The notes beneath the pieces were generated by a model. It was not told where the DNA came from. It did not search any database and saw only the letters and a program-made list of their open reading frames with translations. From assembly GCA_025594325.1 (NCBI GenBank), contig JANHCV010000011.1, forward strand, positions 124,001 through 188,000: DNA of 64,000 nucleotides, read 5' to 3'. The DNA comes from Blastocladiella emersonii ATCC 22665 (taxonomy: Eukaryota; Fungi; Blastocladiomycota). Below, piece after piece: positions 45,595 to 56,108 of this stretch (the first letter of the stretch is position 1; every line of letters starts with the position of its first letter). The translations under genes and the position numbers were made by a program.

Positions 45595-47823
45595 TCACAA
45601 CATGACCATCATGGCGGCAACGAGAAGCGCTGCGCCACCGTGGCTCAGCAGACCCGCGAGCCCAGACTCGCCAACGCGCGAGCGAAGACCGCCCGCGGCC
45701 CCCGACGTGCTGTTGGTCCCGTTCCCGCTCGACCTCGTCGTATACGAGGCCGTCGGAACTGCCGATGGACTGTTGGTCCCCGCGGCCGCCGCTGCAACCG
45801 TGGGCGTCGACTTGGTGACGTTGACGCACGTCCCCGACAGACATGTCCCGTTGACGGTCGCCGAGATGCGGCACGGCGCAAAGTCGGGCGCCGGGATCGT
45901 GCCTGCCGAGTTTGAATACGAGTAGCACGTCGACCCGACCATGCAGAACTGGGTGCAGCTCGACGCGGACCCGCAGGTACTCGAGAAGTTGAGCCCGCGG
46001 TCGAGCTCGCAGTACGCGGCGCGCGACTTGCACACGCCAGTCACGCAGTTGCCCGGGTACTTGTTGGTGGGCGGATCGACGAAGCACGCGGTGCCGTTGG
46101 GCTTGATGACGTCCAGGCACGTCGACGAGGTCCCCGAGCACACGTCGGCAACGTCGCACGTCGACTTGCGCGTGTCGAGCGTCGCGGGCCGGCACTGCGT
46201 GCCCTGCGGGCGGAACTTGCACGTCGTCGGGTCGCAGCACTTGCCGTTGCTCGTGTCGCACACGGCGCCCGTGCGGTACCGGCACGTCGGCGTGCAGCAC
46301 GCGTTGCCCGTGGCCGAATTGCCCGAGTCGCAATGCTCTCCAGGGTCGAGGATGCCGTTGCTACACGCGCGGGCGGCCGTGGTCAGTCATGGTGCTCGCG
46401 CGTTCGGTTCACGATCAGAGCGAAGCGCACCCGCACAGACGCGCCGGCGCGTCGAGACACGTTAGGTTGGTCGAGGTGAGGTGATCGTTGATGTACGTCT
46501 TGGAGCAGTTGGAGAACGTGCTGGAGACGGACGCACACGAGATGCACGCCGACGGGGCCATGATGAAACCCGATGCGGGGCACGCGTTGCCGCTGCCATC
46601 GTGCGACATGCCAAGGTTGTGTCCCATCTCGTGCGCAATGACAGCGCCGAGCCCGCTGGCCGTGGCCGAGGTCGGGACGATCTCGACGCCGCACGCCCAC
46701 GCGCCCGAGCACGCGACGCCGACGTACGCGAGCCCGAGCAGACTCGCCGACGTGTAGGCGCGGCCGGTCAGGACGTGCGCGAAGTCGTTAAACTCGAGGA
46801 AGGTGCCCTTGTTCGCGGCCAGGCTCCGCTGCTGCTGGCGCCACGTGCAGAAGGTCGAGAGCAGGTTGCCGGCCTCGACCGTCGTCACGTTCTCCTTGAG
46901 CCAGCCGGGCTCGGACTCGAAGTAGGTCCCGACGAGCGATACGGACACCGAGTAGGGCGCCGGGAGCAGGACGCTCGACTTGTAGAAGGCGTGCACCGCG
47001 TTGGTCGCCTCGAGCATCACCGACACGGACCGGTCGCCCCACCGCTGCACGTACGCGTAGTCGCCCGCGAGCATAAGCTCGATCGACTTGTTGGAGCGGA
47101 TGGGGAAGTCGCCGGGCGCGCGACCACCGAGTCCGTGCCGCGACCGAGTCCGCGGGATCAGCGGGGCCACGGTGTCCGCGGGAGGTGCCGATGGGACCCC
47201 GCAGGTGCCGGGCGCGGTCTCGGGCGAGTCGGGATCGTCGCGGACCAGGACGTGGGTCGCGCCGTTGACGGGCGAACCGTCCGCGCTTGACACGCCGGCC
47301 TCCTCGACGGCGTGGATCGTGTACTTTTCTTCGGGCCCGAGGTGGATCATGCCGTGCTACACGCGCTCGCGGCCATCAGCCGCCGATCCGCACCGTGGCA
47401 TCGCTGCAGCGAGCGCACCAGCCCATCACACGCCGAGACCGCGACGAGCGACCCCTGGACGCCATCGACGCTCCCGTAGTAGTAGCAGTTGACGGGCGCC
47501 GGCGTCGAGACCACGCCCTGGCCGCTGACCATGTGTTGGTACCGCGGGCTGATGAGCGCGTCGTTGCGCTTCAGCTGCAGCGTCCACGTCGCGTCGTCGC
47601 CGCGCAGCACGACGCGGGCCGTCGACGCGTACTCCACACCCGGACCACGAGGGGTTGACTTGCGGATCGAGGACCCGCCCAGGATCTCAGCGCGGACGCG
47701 GATCGGAGCCGCCGCGGCCGGGAGCGGTGTCCGGCGGCGAAGGGCCAGCGGTTCGGCCTCGGCCGCGATCGCGAGCAGGGTGACGAGACCCGCCACGACG
47801 ACGAGCCAGCGTTGTTGATTCAT
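45595..47823 (-). CDS. ADAM-type metalloprotease/disintegrin (M12B)
   Basis: Signal peptide, prodomain, HEMGHNLGMSHD zinc motif, Met-turn FIMAP, disintegrin CGNGILDPGEHCD...CC...C, Cys-rich region, hydrophobic C-terminus. Two introns near 47400 and 46400. Confidence 0.93.
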
Positions 47824-48025
47824 GGTTCTATCGCGCTCTCTCTATAAACTTCTATGATGATCGCTTACCCGGGAGAGAAGGAATGCGGAGACGACGCGTG
47901 CTGTGCAAGGAGGGGGGACGCGTCGGGAGACAACCGTCTCCCATCGCGCGCGCGACCGCTATATTACGTGCGAGAATGTGTGCCAAAACCTGTGCAAAAC
48001 GCAACCGTCCCGCGCCCGCCTCGGA

Positions 48026-48991
48026 TCAGCGGAACAGGGACGCCGAAACCGTCGAACGCCGCCGTTGACCATGGCCGTCTGTGGCAGGCGACGACTTGGC
48101 CGCCGCAGCTGCGAGCCCGCTCGGTCCCCGTGCCGTCGTCCGTCGCGCCGACTTGCTGGGCGTCCCGCCCGCGTTCTCGCCGCAGTCGGCGGCAGCCGAG
48201 CCCGAGGTCCGCGCAATGGTGGGTGCAGGCGACGCGAGCGAGCTCGCGGAACTGGTGCGCGCGCGCTTGGGCGACTGCATGAGGAGCATCAGCGAGCCCG
48301 ACGACGGGACACGCGGGCGGCGGAGCGAGGGTCGGGTCGACGTCGGAGTTGTTGTGGTCCGGTTCTCGAGCGCTGGGAGCGGGGCGAGGACGGCAGCTGC
48401 GACGGCAGTCGCCGCCAGGCTGAGCGTCACCGCCGCATCTTCGTCGCCAGCGACGATAGACGCGGATAATTCCACCTCGGCGGCGGCGGCGACGGGCAGC
48501 GAGATCGCGACGGCCTCCTCGGGCGGCGACCGCTGCGTGCGGCGGCCCGGCTTGGCGAGCCACAGCGGGCGGCGCGGGGACGCGTTCGGGTCCTCGTTCT
48601 CCTTTTCGTCCGACTCCGTGTCCCACTCGGCGACGAGCCGCGAGCGGCGGGGGCGGCGCGGCGATGTGCGTGCGGGCGACGGGGACGACGAGGAGGGCGG
48701 CGGCGACGCTGATCGCGCTGCTGATCTCGCGGCAGCAGCGAACGCGGCTCGCGGGGTCGACGGGCACGGCGAGTTGTCGTCCGCGTGCGCGAGGTCCGAC
48801 GAGGAAAGATCTGTCAGGGGCGAGGACGGGCGGTGCGAGTGGTGGTGTGGCTGCGCGACGGGGAGTGGGAGCGGCGGCGACGAGTCGGGTGGAGTCAGGA
48901 CGACGTGCTCCGCGGCGTCGTCGCCGGCGTGAGGGTGCGGCGGCGACGGGCTGCCGGCAGTGCTTGCGTGTTGCATCGGGTGAGAATCCAT
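48026..48991 (-). CDS. Hypothetical disordered protein with a KEN sequence and many S/T-P sites
   Basis: ATG at 48991, GC3-biased codons, EKENEDPN and SPRR motifs. Low complexity makes the call uncertain. Confidence 0.45.
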   Translation of the reverse strand: MDSHPMQHASTAGSPSPPHPHAGDDAAEHVVLTPPDSSPPLPLPVAQPHHHSHRPSSPLTDLSSSDLAHADDNSPCPSTPRAAFAAAARSAARSASPPPSSSSPSPARTSPRRPRRSRLVAEWDTESDEKENEDPNASPRRPLWLAKPGRRTQRSPPEEAVAISLPVAAAAEVELSASIVAGDEDAAVTLSLAATAVAAAVLAPLPALENRTTTTPTSTRPSLRRPRVPSSGSLMLLMQSPKRARTSSASSLASPAPTIARTSGSAAADCGENAGGTPSKSARRTTARGPSGLAAAAAKSSPATDGHGQRRRSTVSASLFR

Positions 48992-49193
48992 GGTGCGCGT
49001 CGTTGCTGTGCAGAGTGTGGGAGAGGGAGTCGAGTCCCGACTCGGCGAGCGCACTCATCCAGTGCAGATCGCGTCGCTCATCCCACGTGGATGACTCTCG
49101 CCGACGTTGCTGCTGCTGTGTATCAAAGTTTGTGTATCATATGCTATTTAGTTTGCTAGTTCGACACGCCCATATCTCGACCTTCCATCATTC

Positions 49194-52100
49194 TTACATC
49201 AGCGTGGTCCAGTCAGCGACCACCTCCTTGCCGTCGTCACTCGCCGCGTCGCGGTCGCCAGCCGCGTCCATGAGCTCGGCGAGCCCCGCGAACGCGTTGT
49301 TGCTGACAAACGACGGGCCCGCGGGCTTCTCGGCAACGAGGACGGGCGACACGACGCGGCGGATCTCGGTCGCGGCCGCCGACGCCGCCGACGATGAGTC
49401 CTCGCCGTCGCTGCTGCTGCCCGACTCGCCGTCACTCGACGACGCCGCGACCACGGGCCGGCGGCGCTGGACGACCGTGAACCCGGCCTCGCGCGCGATA
49501 CGCCCGTGCTGGTCGATCCAGCACTCGCGGACCGCCGCGGCCTTGCCGAGGTCCGACAGCAGCGAGTGGAGCGGGCCGCGCACGTCGTGGAGGAACGACT
49601 GGACCGCGGGCGGGCCCATGCGCGCGGACGGGTCGACCTGGACGACCGCGTCGAAGAGCTGGGGCGCGCCTGGCAGGGTGTCGAGCGGCGCGGGCGCCAT
49701 GCCGGTCGCGGCAAACACGCCGTCGAGCGTGGTGGCGGGCCCGTGGTGGACGACAGCGAACGGCGTCGCGCCAAAGTACAGGCGGAGGTACGGCTCGAGG
49801 TCCTTGCGCGCGAGCGGCGTGCGCACCACGCGCAGCGCGTTGTACGCGGCCGACGGCTTGGGCGTCCTGCGCGCCGCGAGCGCCGCCGCAACGGCGGGGT
49901 CGGCGCTGCTCGGAATCGGACTCCCGTCGGCGGCGACGCGCGCCGCAGCGGCAGCGAGCGAGACGACGGGCGCGCGTGCGGTGCGGCGGTGCGCCGTCAG
50001 GACCACGTTGCGCTTGGGTTCGGGGTCGACCGAGACCGCGTCGATGCCCCACACGGTCGCGAGCGCGTGCACGAACGAGCGCGCGGGCGCCTTCATGGGC
50101 GGGAACCGGTACACGGCCGCGTCCGACGCCGCCGAGCTCGATGACGCCGAAGACGACGAGGACGCAGCGGCGAGCGGCAGGAACCCGAGCTCCTCGACAA
50201 GGTTGCTCATGATCGCCTCAATCTCGCGGGCGGCCGTCGGGTGGGCGCGGTAGTACTCGAGGACCTCGGCCGGGTACGCGTTGCGCGCGGCGGTCGCGAG
50301 CTCGTCGGCGTCGCGTGGCGCGATGCGCAGGGCCTCGGCGATCTGGCGGTTGCGCTGGACGAGGCGGCACCGGTCGTCGCACTCGAGCGGGACCGTGTTC
50401 CCGTTGAGCGTGCACGTCGCCGTCACCGACTGGCGCCCGCACGGGCACGTCCGCGTCACCTTGGCCGAGCACGCCCCCATATCGTCGCACGCCGTCCCGA
50501 AATGGCAGGGGAGCGAGCAAACGTGACCGCACGTCCTCGCCCGGCGTTTCCCGCAGTTTTCGCGGCACTGGCACGGCGTGGACGTCGCGGTAGACGCGGC
50601 GGGCGCGGTCGCCGACCCGTCGGACCCGTCCTCGGCCTCGGGGTCGGTGAACAGCGGCGCGTGGCACCCGAGCGAGCACCGGTGACCGCAGGGCAGGTCG
50701 AGGCCGCACCGCTCCCCGCAGGCGGGCGTGGTGCGCTGGCTACACCAGACCGTGACCTGCATCTTCCCGCACTGGCACGTGCGCGAGACGAGGACGACGC
50801 AGGGCGGGCACGGCTCCCAGTCCGGGTGGCACGCGTGGTAGCTGACGACTGGGTGGCCGCACTCGCGCTCGCGGACGCAGGGCGACGAGCAAGCGGCGTG
50901 GGTGGTGCCGCAGGGGACGGGCGCCGGGATCACGGTCCGCCCGCAGTGGCACGCGAGCGGCTCGGCCGACGCCTCGATGCACGAGTTGCAGTTGCCCGCG
51001 TGGCATGGGAATGGGCATTCGTGGGCGCCGCACGTCAGCGTGCGACCGCAGGCGCGATCGCACTGGTGGTGCGCGGCCTCGAGCTGCTGGCGGAGCCCCG
51101 CGGCCACGTCGTAGTGGTTGTTGCGCCCGCCGCCGTTCTGCTGGCGCCGGCGCCGGCCGCCGCTCGACCCGCCGCCGTCGTTACCGCCCGTGAGCGCGGC
51201 GCGGAGGGTCTCGATCGCCGTCCGCGACGCGGGGCAGCACGTGCGCTTGCACCGGTGGCCGCGGCGGCACAGGAACGCGCCGTTGCACACGGTTTCGCAC
51301 CGGAACGGCGCGGCCGCGGCGTCGCCGCCCGAGCAGGTGCGGACCTGGGTCTCGGCGGTGCACTCGCACGTCACCTCGACCTCGACCGAGCACCGGCACG
51401 GCCCGTCGTGGCACCGCATTTGGCACGCGTGGCCGCACGCCATGGTCTGCCCGCAAACGCTGTTGCACGGGGTCCGGGCGGGGTCGGCGCACGAGGCGCG
51501 GTGGAGCTTGGTCTTGCCGCACGGGCAGTAGTCGGTGAAGGCCGGGTCGAGCGGGCACTGGACGTGGTCGGCGGGCGCGAGCGGGCAGCAAACGGCCTCG
51601 CAGACGTGGTCGTTCCCGCACGAAAAGGTGGCCGAGCACGTCGTGGTACAGGTCCAGGTGGTCGACTCCTGGCCGCAGGCGACGGTCCGCGACGCGTGGC
51701 CGCACCGGCACGCGACCTCGACGGTCACGGGGCATTCGGGATGCTCGCCGGCGTGGCACGTGGCCTCGCACCGGTGGTTGCCGCAGGCGAGGGGCGCATC
51801 GCAAACGCGGTCGCAGGGGATGGGCGCGGTGGCGGCGTCGCTGCCGCACACGACCTGGCGCGTGGTGTGGCCGCCGGGGCACGGGACGGCGGTGATGGCC
51901 GAGCATGGCGAGCACGGGCCCGGGTGGCACGGCAACGGGCACGTGTGGGCGTCGCCGGCGACGCACCCGAGCGGCTTGTCGCACCGGGCGCCGCACGAGT
52001 GCGGGATGAGGAAGCGGTTGGGCTCCGGGTTGACCGTCTTGGCGCAGAAGCACGTGTAGACGCGGGCCGACTCGGCTGGCTGCATGGTGTTGCACGACGG

Positions 52101-53300
52101 GCAGCGGAGCGTCTGGGTCTCGGGCGCGTCCGTCGAAGCCGAAGCCGTCGCGGTTGGGGTGGGGACGGGCACGGCCGAGGCGCGGACCGTAGTGCGGACG
52201 GTGATGGCCGAGTTGGTGATGATGGTGAGGTTCTCGGTCGAGTTGGCGTTGCTGGCGGCGGCGCTGGACGTGTCGGTCCACTCGCGCACGCAGTGGAGGT
52301 GGTGCGGCGCGAAGCAGACAGTGCACGACCAGAGCTTGTGGTGGCGGCGGATCTCGTCCATGCAGATGACACACTCCTTGGTGCCGCGGATGAGCTCGGT
52401 GGCGAGGGAGCGGGCGAGCGGGGCAAACGAGTGCTCGTCGACGAGGGCGAGGGCGGGCGGGGCCGAGACGCGGGCGGCCTTGGGCCCGGCGGCGGCAGCA
52501 CCGGATGCGGCGCCATTGCGCGGCGGCGAGGGTACCTTGGGGTGGCTGGCGTCGCCGGCGTCGGTCAGGCCGGCCTGGAAGCCGCGGACCTTGCCGCCGC
52601 GCGGGTGGTGGTAGGGCGCGCGCGGGACGTCGACCTCGGCGGCGACGTAGGCGCGCTGCGGGTTGACGGGCGGGGTGGGCTTGGGCGGCTTTGCCTTGCC
52701 CTTGCCCTTGGCGTTGGTGCGCGACACGGTGGGCGGGATCTGGCCGTTGGCGGGCGAGGACGACGACGAGCCAGCCGTGGCGTCGGGCGCGGGGCTGTCG
52801 CGGCTGCGGTTACGACGCGGCGCCTTGGGTGGCGACGCGGTGGGCGGCCCGCCGGGCGCACCCGCAGCGGCAGCGGGGTTGCGCGGGACAAACGGCGCAG
52901 CGTCGAGCGAGAGCGCGGCGGCCTTGGCGGCAGCAGCCTTGGCGCGTTTGGCGGCATACCTGCTCTTACCCTTTGGCGAGGTGCCGCTAGAGACGGGGAT
53001 CATGGGAAGATCAGTGGTTCTGATCGGCATCACAAGGGCGGTGCGATCGCGATCGTACTCGGCAGAGACAGCAGCAGCAGCCGCGGGAGACGCAGATGGG
53101 GCCATGGTGGCCGGAGCAGAGGCGGAGGAAGCCGTAGAGGCGGACGGGTCGGGGTGGGCCATGGTGGACGTAGGGGACCGGTCCTTGGGCGGCCGCGGGG
53201 GGCGCGGCTTCTTTGAGGCCTTGGCCTGCGCCGTGCGCGGCTCGGCCGGCGCGCCCGCAGCGGCGGCAGCGGCAGCGGGTGGTGTCTCAGCGTGGTTCAT
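49194..53300 (-). CDS. FAP1: NF-X1/Fap1 (shuttle craft-like) protein: RING/PHD-like domain, NF-X1 zinc fingers, R3H
   Basis: CVICMDEI...WSCTVCFAPHHLHCVREW...CPSC; repeated CG.H.C...CH.G.C fingers; R3H FPPMKAPARSFVHALATVWG...DPEPKRNV; single exon of 1368 aa. Confidence 0.95.
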   Translation of the reverse strand: MNHAETPPAAAAAAAGAPAEPRTAQAKASKKPRPPRPPKDRSPTSTMAHPDPSASTASSASAPATMAPSASPAAAAAVSAEYDRDRTALVMPIRTTDLPMIPVSSGTSPKGKSRYAAKRAKAAAAKAAALSLDAAPFVPRNPAAAAGAPGGPPTASPPKAPRRNRSRDSPAPDATAGSSSSSPANGQIPPTVSRTNAKGKGKAKPPKPTPPVNPQRAYVAAEVDVPRAPYHHPRGGKVRGFQAGLTDAGDASHPKVPSPPRNGAASGAAAAGPKAARVSAPPALALVDEHSFAPLARSLATELIRGTKECVICMDEIRRHHKLWSCTVCFAPHHLHCVREWTDTSSAAASNANSTENLTIITNSAITVRTTVRASAVPVPTPTATASASTDAPETQTLRCPSCNTMQPAESARVYTCFCAKTVNPEPNRFLIPHSCGARCDKPLGCVAGDAHTCPLPCHPGPCSPCSAITAVPCPGGHTTRQVVCGSDAATAPIPCDRVCDAPLACGNHRCEATCHAGEHPECPVTVEVACRCGHASRTVACGQESTTWTCTTTCSATFSCGNDHVCEAVCCPLAPADHVQCPLDPAFTDYCPCGKTKLHRASCADPARTPCNSVCGQTMACGHACQMRCHDGPCRCSVEVEVTCECTAETQVRTCSGGDAAAAPFRCETVCNGAFLCRRGHRCKRTCCPASRTAIETLRAALTGGNDGGGSSGGRRRRQQNGGGRNNHYDVAAGLRQQLEAAHHQCDRACGRTLTCGAHECPFPCHAGNCNSCIEASAEPLACHCGRTVIPAPVPCGTTHAACSSPCVRERECGHPVVSYHACHPDWEPCPPCVVLVSRTCQCGKMQVTVWCSQRTTPACGERCGLDLPCGHRCSLGCHAPLFTDPEAEDGSDGSATAPAASTATSTPCQCRENCGKRRARTCGHVCSLPCHFGTACDDMGACSAKVTRTCPCGRQSVTATCTLNGNTVPLECDDRCRLVQRNRQIAEALRIAPRDADELATAARNAYPAEVLEYYRAHPTAAREIEAIMSNLVEELGFLPLAAASSSSSASSSSAASDAAVYRFPPMKAPARSFVHALATVWGIDAVSVDPEPKRNVVLTAHRRTARAPVVSLAAAAARVAADGSPIPSSADPAVAAALAARRTPKPSAAYNALRVVRTPLARKDLEPYLRLYFGATPFAVVHHGPATTLDGVFAATGMAPAPLDTLPGAPQLFDAVVQVDPSARMGPPAVQSFLHDVRGPLHSLLSDLGKAAAVRECWIDQHGRIAREAGFTVVQRRRPVVAASSSDGESGSSSDGEDSSSAASAAATEIRRVVSPVLVAEKPAGPSFVSNNAFAGLAELMDAAGDRDAASDDGKEVVADWTTLM

Positions 53301-54400
53301 TGCAAGTCGGTGCCGAGAGCGCGGGGGAGCGGGGATCGCGCTCGGTTGAGTCGGTCGGCCCGCCCGCGCGGTTGAGTCATCGCAACGGCCTCAGCGAGCG
53401 TCAGGTGATGCAGCGTGAGGCATGTGCGTCGCGACGTCAGCACGGGCGGCAGGCCAAAAGCGGGCGCGGCTGAAACGACCGGCTGCCACCCAAGCTGCCA
53501 CCCCTTGCACTGACGCGCGCCCCTCACGCGCGCCCCTCACGCGTCGCAACGCCATCAGCCTCGGTCCCCTTTCTGTTCCAGCGAAACGACGACGTGCAGC
53601 AGCGGCCCGCTCCCGACCGGTCCCCGCTCCCCGCACCTCATCCTACGCTGGCCCCACTGCCAGCCAACCTGACGCATCAACGCCCCGCACCGATCCCGCC
53701 GACGCCGTCGCCCCCACCGACGACGCGCGCTGCTGAGCCCGAGCCCGATCCCGCGCCCGGCCCTCCTCCAACGACCGCTCGACCGCTCGGCCCCGCCGCC
53801 GCGAGCCCGTTCCTCACCCAGTCGCTGCTCCGCGCGCTCCCCGGCATCGCCTGCTGCGCCGCCCCGCCCCTCTTCCGCCTCCCGCCGCTCCCGCTGCGCA
53901 CCCTTGCCGCGTCGCCTGCCGCGTCGTCGCTGTCTTCCCGCCAACTGCCGGACCCAACACCCGAGCAGCAGCAGCCGCCGCGCCTCGCCCGCCGCCGCTC
54001 CTCCATCTTTGCCCGCATCGTCGCGTCCCGCGTCCTCGACGACGTTGACGACGAATCGCCCGCCGCTGCCACCGCTGCACCGCACCTCGCGCCTGCCGCC
54101 TGCCCGACCCCGTCGCCCATCGACGCGTCGCCGCTGTCCGCCTCGCCCTCGCTCCTCGTGATCTCCGAGGAACCCAAGTCGCCGCGCGTGCCCTCGGTCC
54201 CGCTCTCGCCCCTCGCCGACTCGGCCGTCGACCTCTCCTCCTCCGAGTCGATCCCGCTCGTTGCGCCTGCCGCCGAGCCCGCTCCCACTTCCACGTCGTC
54301 GATCCGCCGCCGTGCCGTCCGCCCCCGCCGCGTACGCACCCCGTCGCCTCCTCCGCCCGCCCCGATCGTCCCCCTCGCTCGCTTCGATCTCGACGTCGCC

Positions 54401-55234
54401 ATGAGTTCCACCGCCAACCCCGCTGCCCTCGCCAACGCCGCCAAGGCGTACGAGCAGCTCAAGGCCGCCTTCTTCGCGCCCAAGCCCGACCTCGCCCAGT
54501 GCGCCGCCCACCTGACCCAGGCCAAGCTCGCCCTGGCCCAGCTCGGCACCTTCCTCGTCGCCGACCCGTCCAAGCCCTCGGCCCAGCAGGAGATGGTGCT
54601 CGCCCGCGACACGCTCGAGCTCGCCGCCCTGCTCAGCATCCGCCAGGGCGACATTGTCGCCTTCGAGCGCCACTACGCCCAGCTCGCCACCTACTACATT
54701 GACTACGCCGCCGTGCTCGCCGAGTCGCCGCGCCACCTCATGCTGCGCGGCCTGCACCTGCTGTCGCTGCTCGCCCAGAACCGCATTGCCGAGTTCCACG
54801 CCGCCCTCGAGCTGATCCCGCCCCAGCACCACCTCGGCAACGTGTACATCCGCCACGCCGTGCACCTCGAGCAGGCCCTCATGGAGGGCGCCTACAACAA
54901 GGTGTGGCACGCGCGCGGCGACGTGCCGGCCGAGGAGGCCCTCTTCTTCATCGACATGCTCGTCGGCACCATCCGCGACGAGATCGCCTCGTGTGCCGAG
55001 CGCTCGTACCCGTCGCTCCCGCTCAAGGACGTGGCCACGCTGCTCTTCTTCCCCGCCGGCGCCTCGCAGGCCAGCGACGTGCTCGCCTTCTGCAAGGCCC
55101 GCACCTGGGACGTGAACGCCGCCGACGGGTCCGTCCGCTTCGCCGGCAACGAGCAGACCGAGTCCGCCCTCGACGCCCACATGGTCATGCACAACGTCCT
55201 CGGCTATGCCCGCGAGCTCGAGCGGATCGTCTAG
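54401..55234 (+). CDS. RPN12: 26S proteasome lid subunit Rpn12/PSMD8
   Basis: ARDTLE.AALLSI...FERHYAQLATYY...GLHLLSLLAQNRIAEFH..LE...LEQALMEGAYNKV...TIRDEIASC.E.SY; the first in-frame ATG is at 54401. Confidence 0.95.
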   Translation: MSSTANPAALANAAKAYEQLKAAFFAPKPDLAQCAAHLTQAKLALAQLGTFLVADPSKPSAQQEMVLARDTLELAALLSIRQGDIVAFERHYAQLATYYIDYAAVLAESPRHLMLRGLHLLSLLAQNRIAEFHAALELIPPQHHLGNVYIRHAVHLEQALMEGAYNKVWHARGDVPAEEALFFIDMLVGTIRDEIASCAERSYPSLPLKDVATLLFFPAGASQASDVLAFCKARTWDVNAADGSVRFAGNEQTESALDAHMVMHNVLGYARELERIV

Positions 55235-55382
55235 GCGGTTTTTGTTTTGGTGGATGACGCGCGTGTCTTGCACAGATTTGAACAGTTTTCTTTCTCTCCC
55301 CCACTCTCGTTCGTTGCATCTATGACCATGGCAAGTCTGTCTATTCGATTTCACACACACGAAGGGCCTCGGGCCGTGGGCA

Positions 55383-56108
55383 TCACGCGCGCTGCGCCTG
55401 CGAGTCGGCGGCCTCGCCCAGAGACGGCTGCTCGAGCGCCGGCGTCGTGACCGTCTTGACGGCCGCTGCCGCCTTGGCGGCGCTGAACAGCGCCGAGTAC
55501 CGCTCGCGCCGTGCACGGAGATCGTCCGACCCGTCCTCGTCGCGCGGCGGCAGGTACACGGCCTCGAGAGCTGGCTCGCCCGTCGGTTCGGGGGCCGCGG
55601 CCTCAGGAACGCGATCCTTGGCGTGATCCGCGGCGGCCGTCGGCGAAGTCGGCGAGAGGTACACGGCCAGCTGCGCGGCCAGCGAGTCAAACGACGCCTC
55701 GTCGCTGTCGCCGTCGCCGTCCGTCTCGCGGCTCGTGGCGGGCGCGGACTTGGCGTCGCCCTGGTCGCCGACCGCGACCGTCGGCAGGTACACTGTGTCC
55801 GAGCTCGCGCGCGTCACGGCTGCCTTGCCGTTAGCCGGCTTAGCGTTGAGGTCACGCTCGAGTCGCGACAGGTTGCAGCCGCCTTGCTTGCCGATCCAGC
55901 AGCACAGCCAAATCGACGCGAGGACGAGCATTACGGCGAAGATGACGACGCTGGAGGGGGCATTGTTCGGTGGGTCGTCGGCCGCCAGCTGGGTCAGCGG
56001 CTCGTCGCTGCTGGGCGTCGGCGCCGCGAGTGCGGACTGGATCACGCCCGTTGCGAGGAAAGCGAGCACGAAGGACGCGCCGGTAGCAAGGCGAGTAAGC
56101 GGTGACAT
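55383..56108 (-). CDS. Hypothetical single-pass membrane protein
   Basis: Signal peptide (ASFVLAFLATGVIQSALA), one TM helix (VVIFAVMLVLASIWLCCWI), acidic cytoplasmic tail. Confidence 0.65.
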   Translation of the reverse strand: MSPLTRLATGASFVLAFLATGVIQSALAAPTPSSDEPLTQLAADDPPNNAPSSVVIFAVMLVLASIWLCCWIGKQGGCNLSRLERDLNAKPANGKAAVTRASSDTVYLPTVAVGDQGDAKSAPATSRETDGDGDSDEASFDSLAAQLAVYLSPTSPTAAADHAKDRVPEAAAPEPTGEPALEAVYLPPRDEDGSDDLRARRERYSALFSAAKAAAAVKTVTTPALEQPSLGEAADSQAQRA

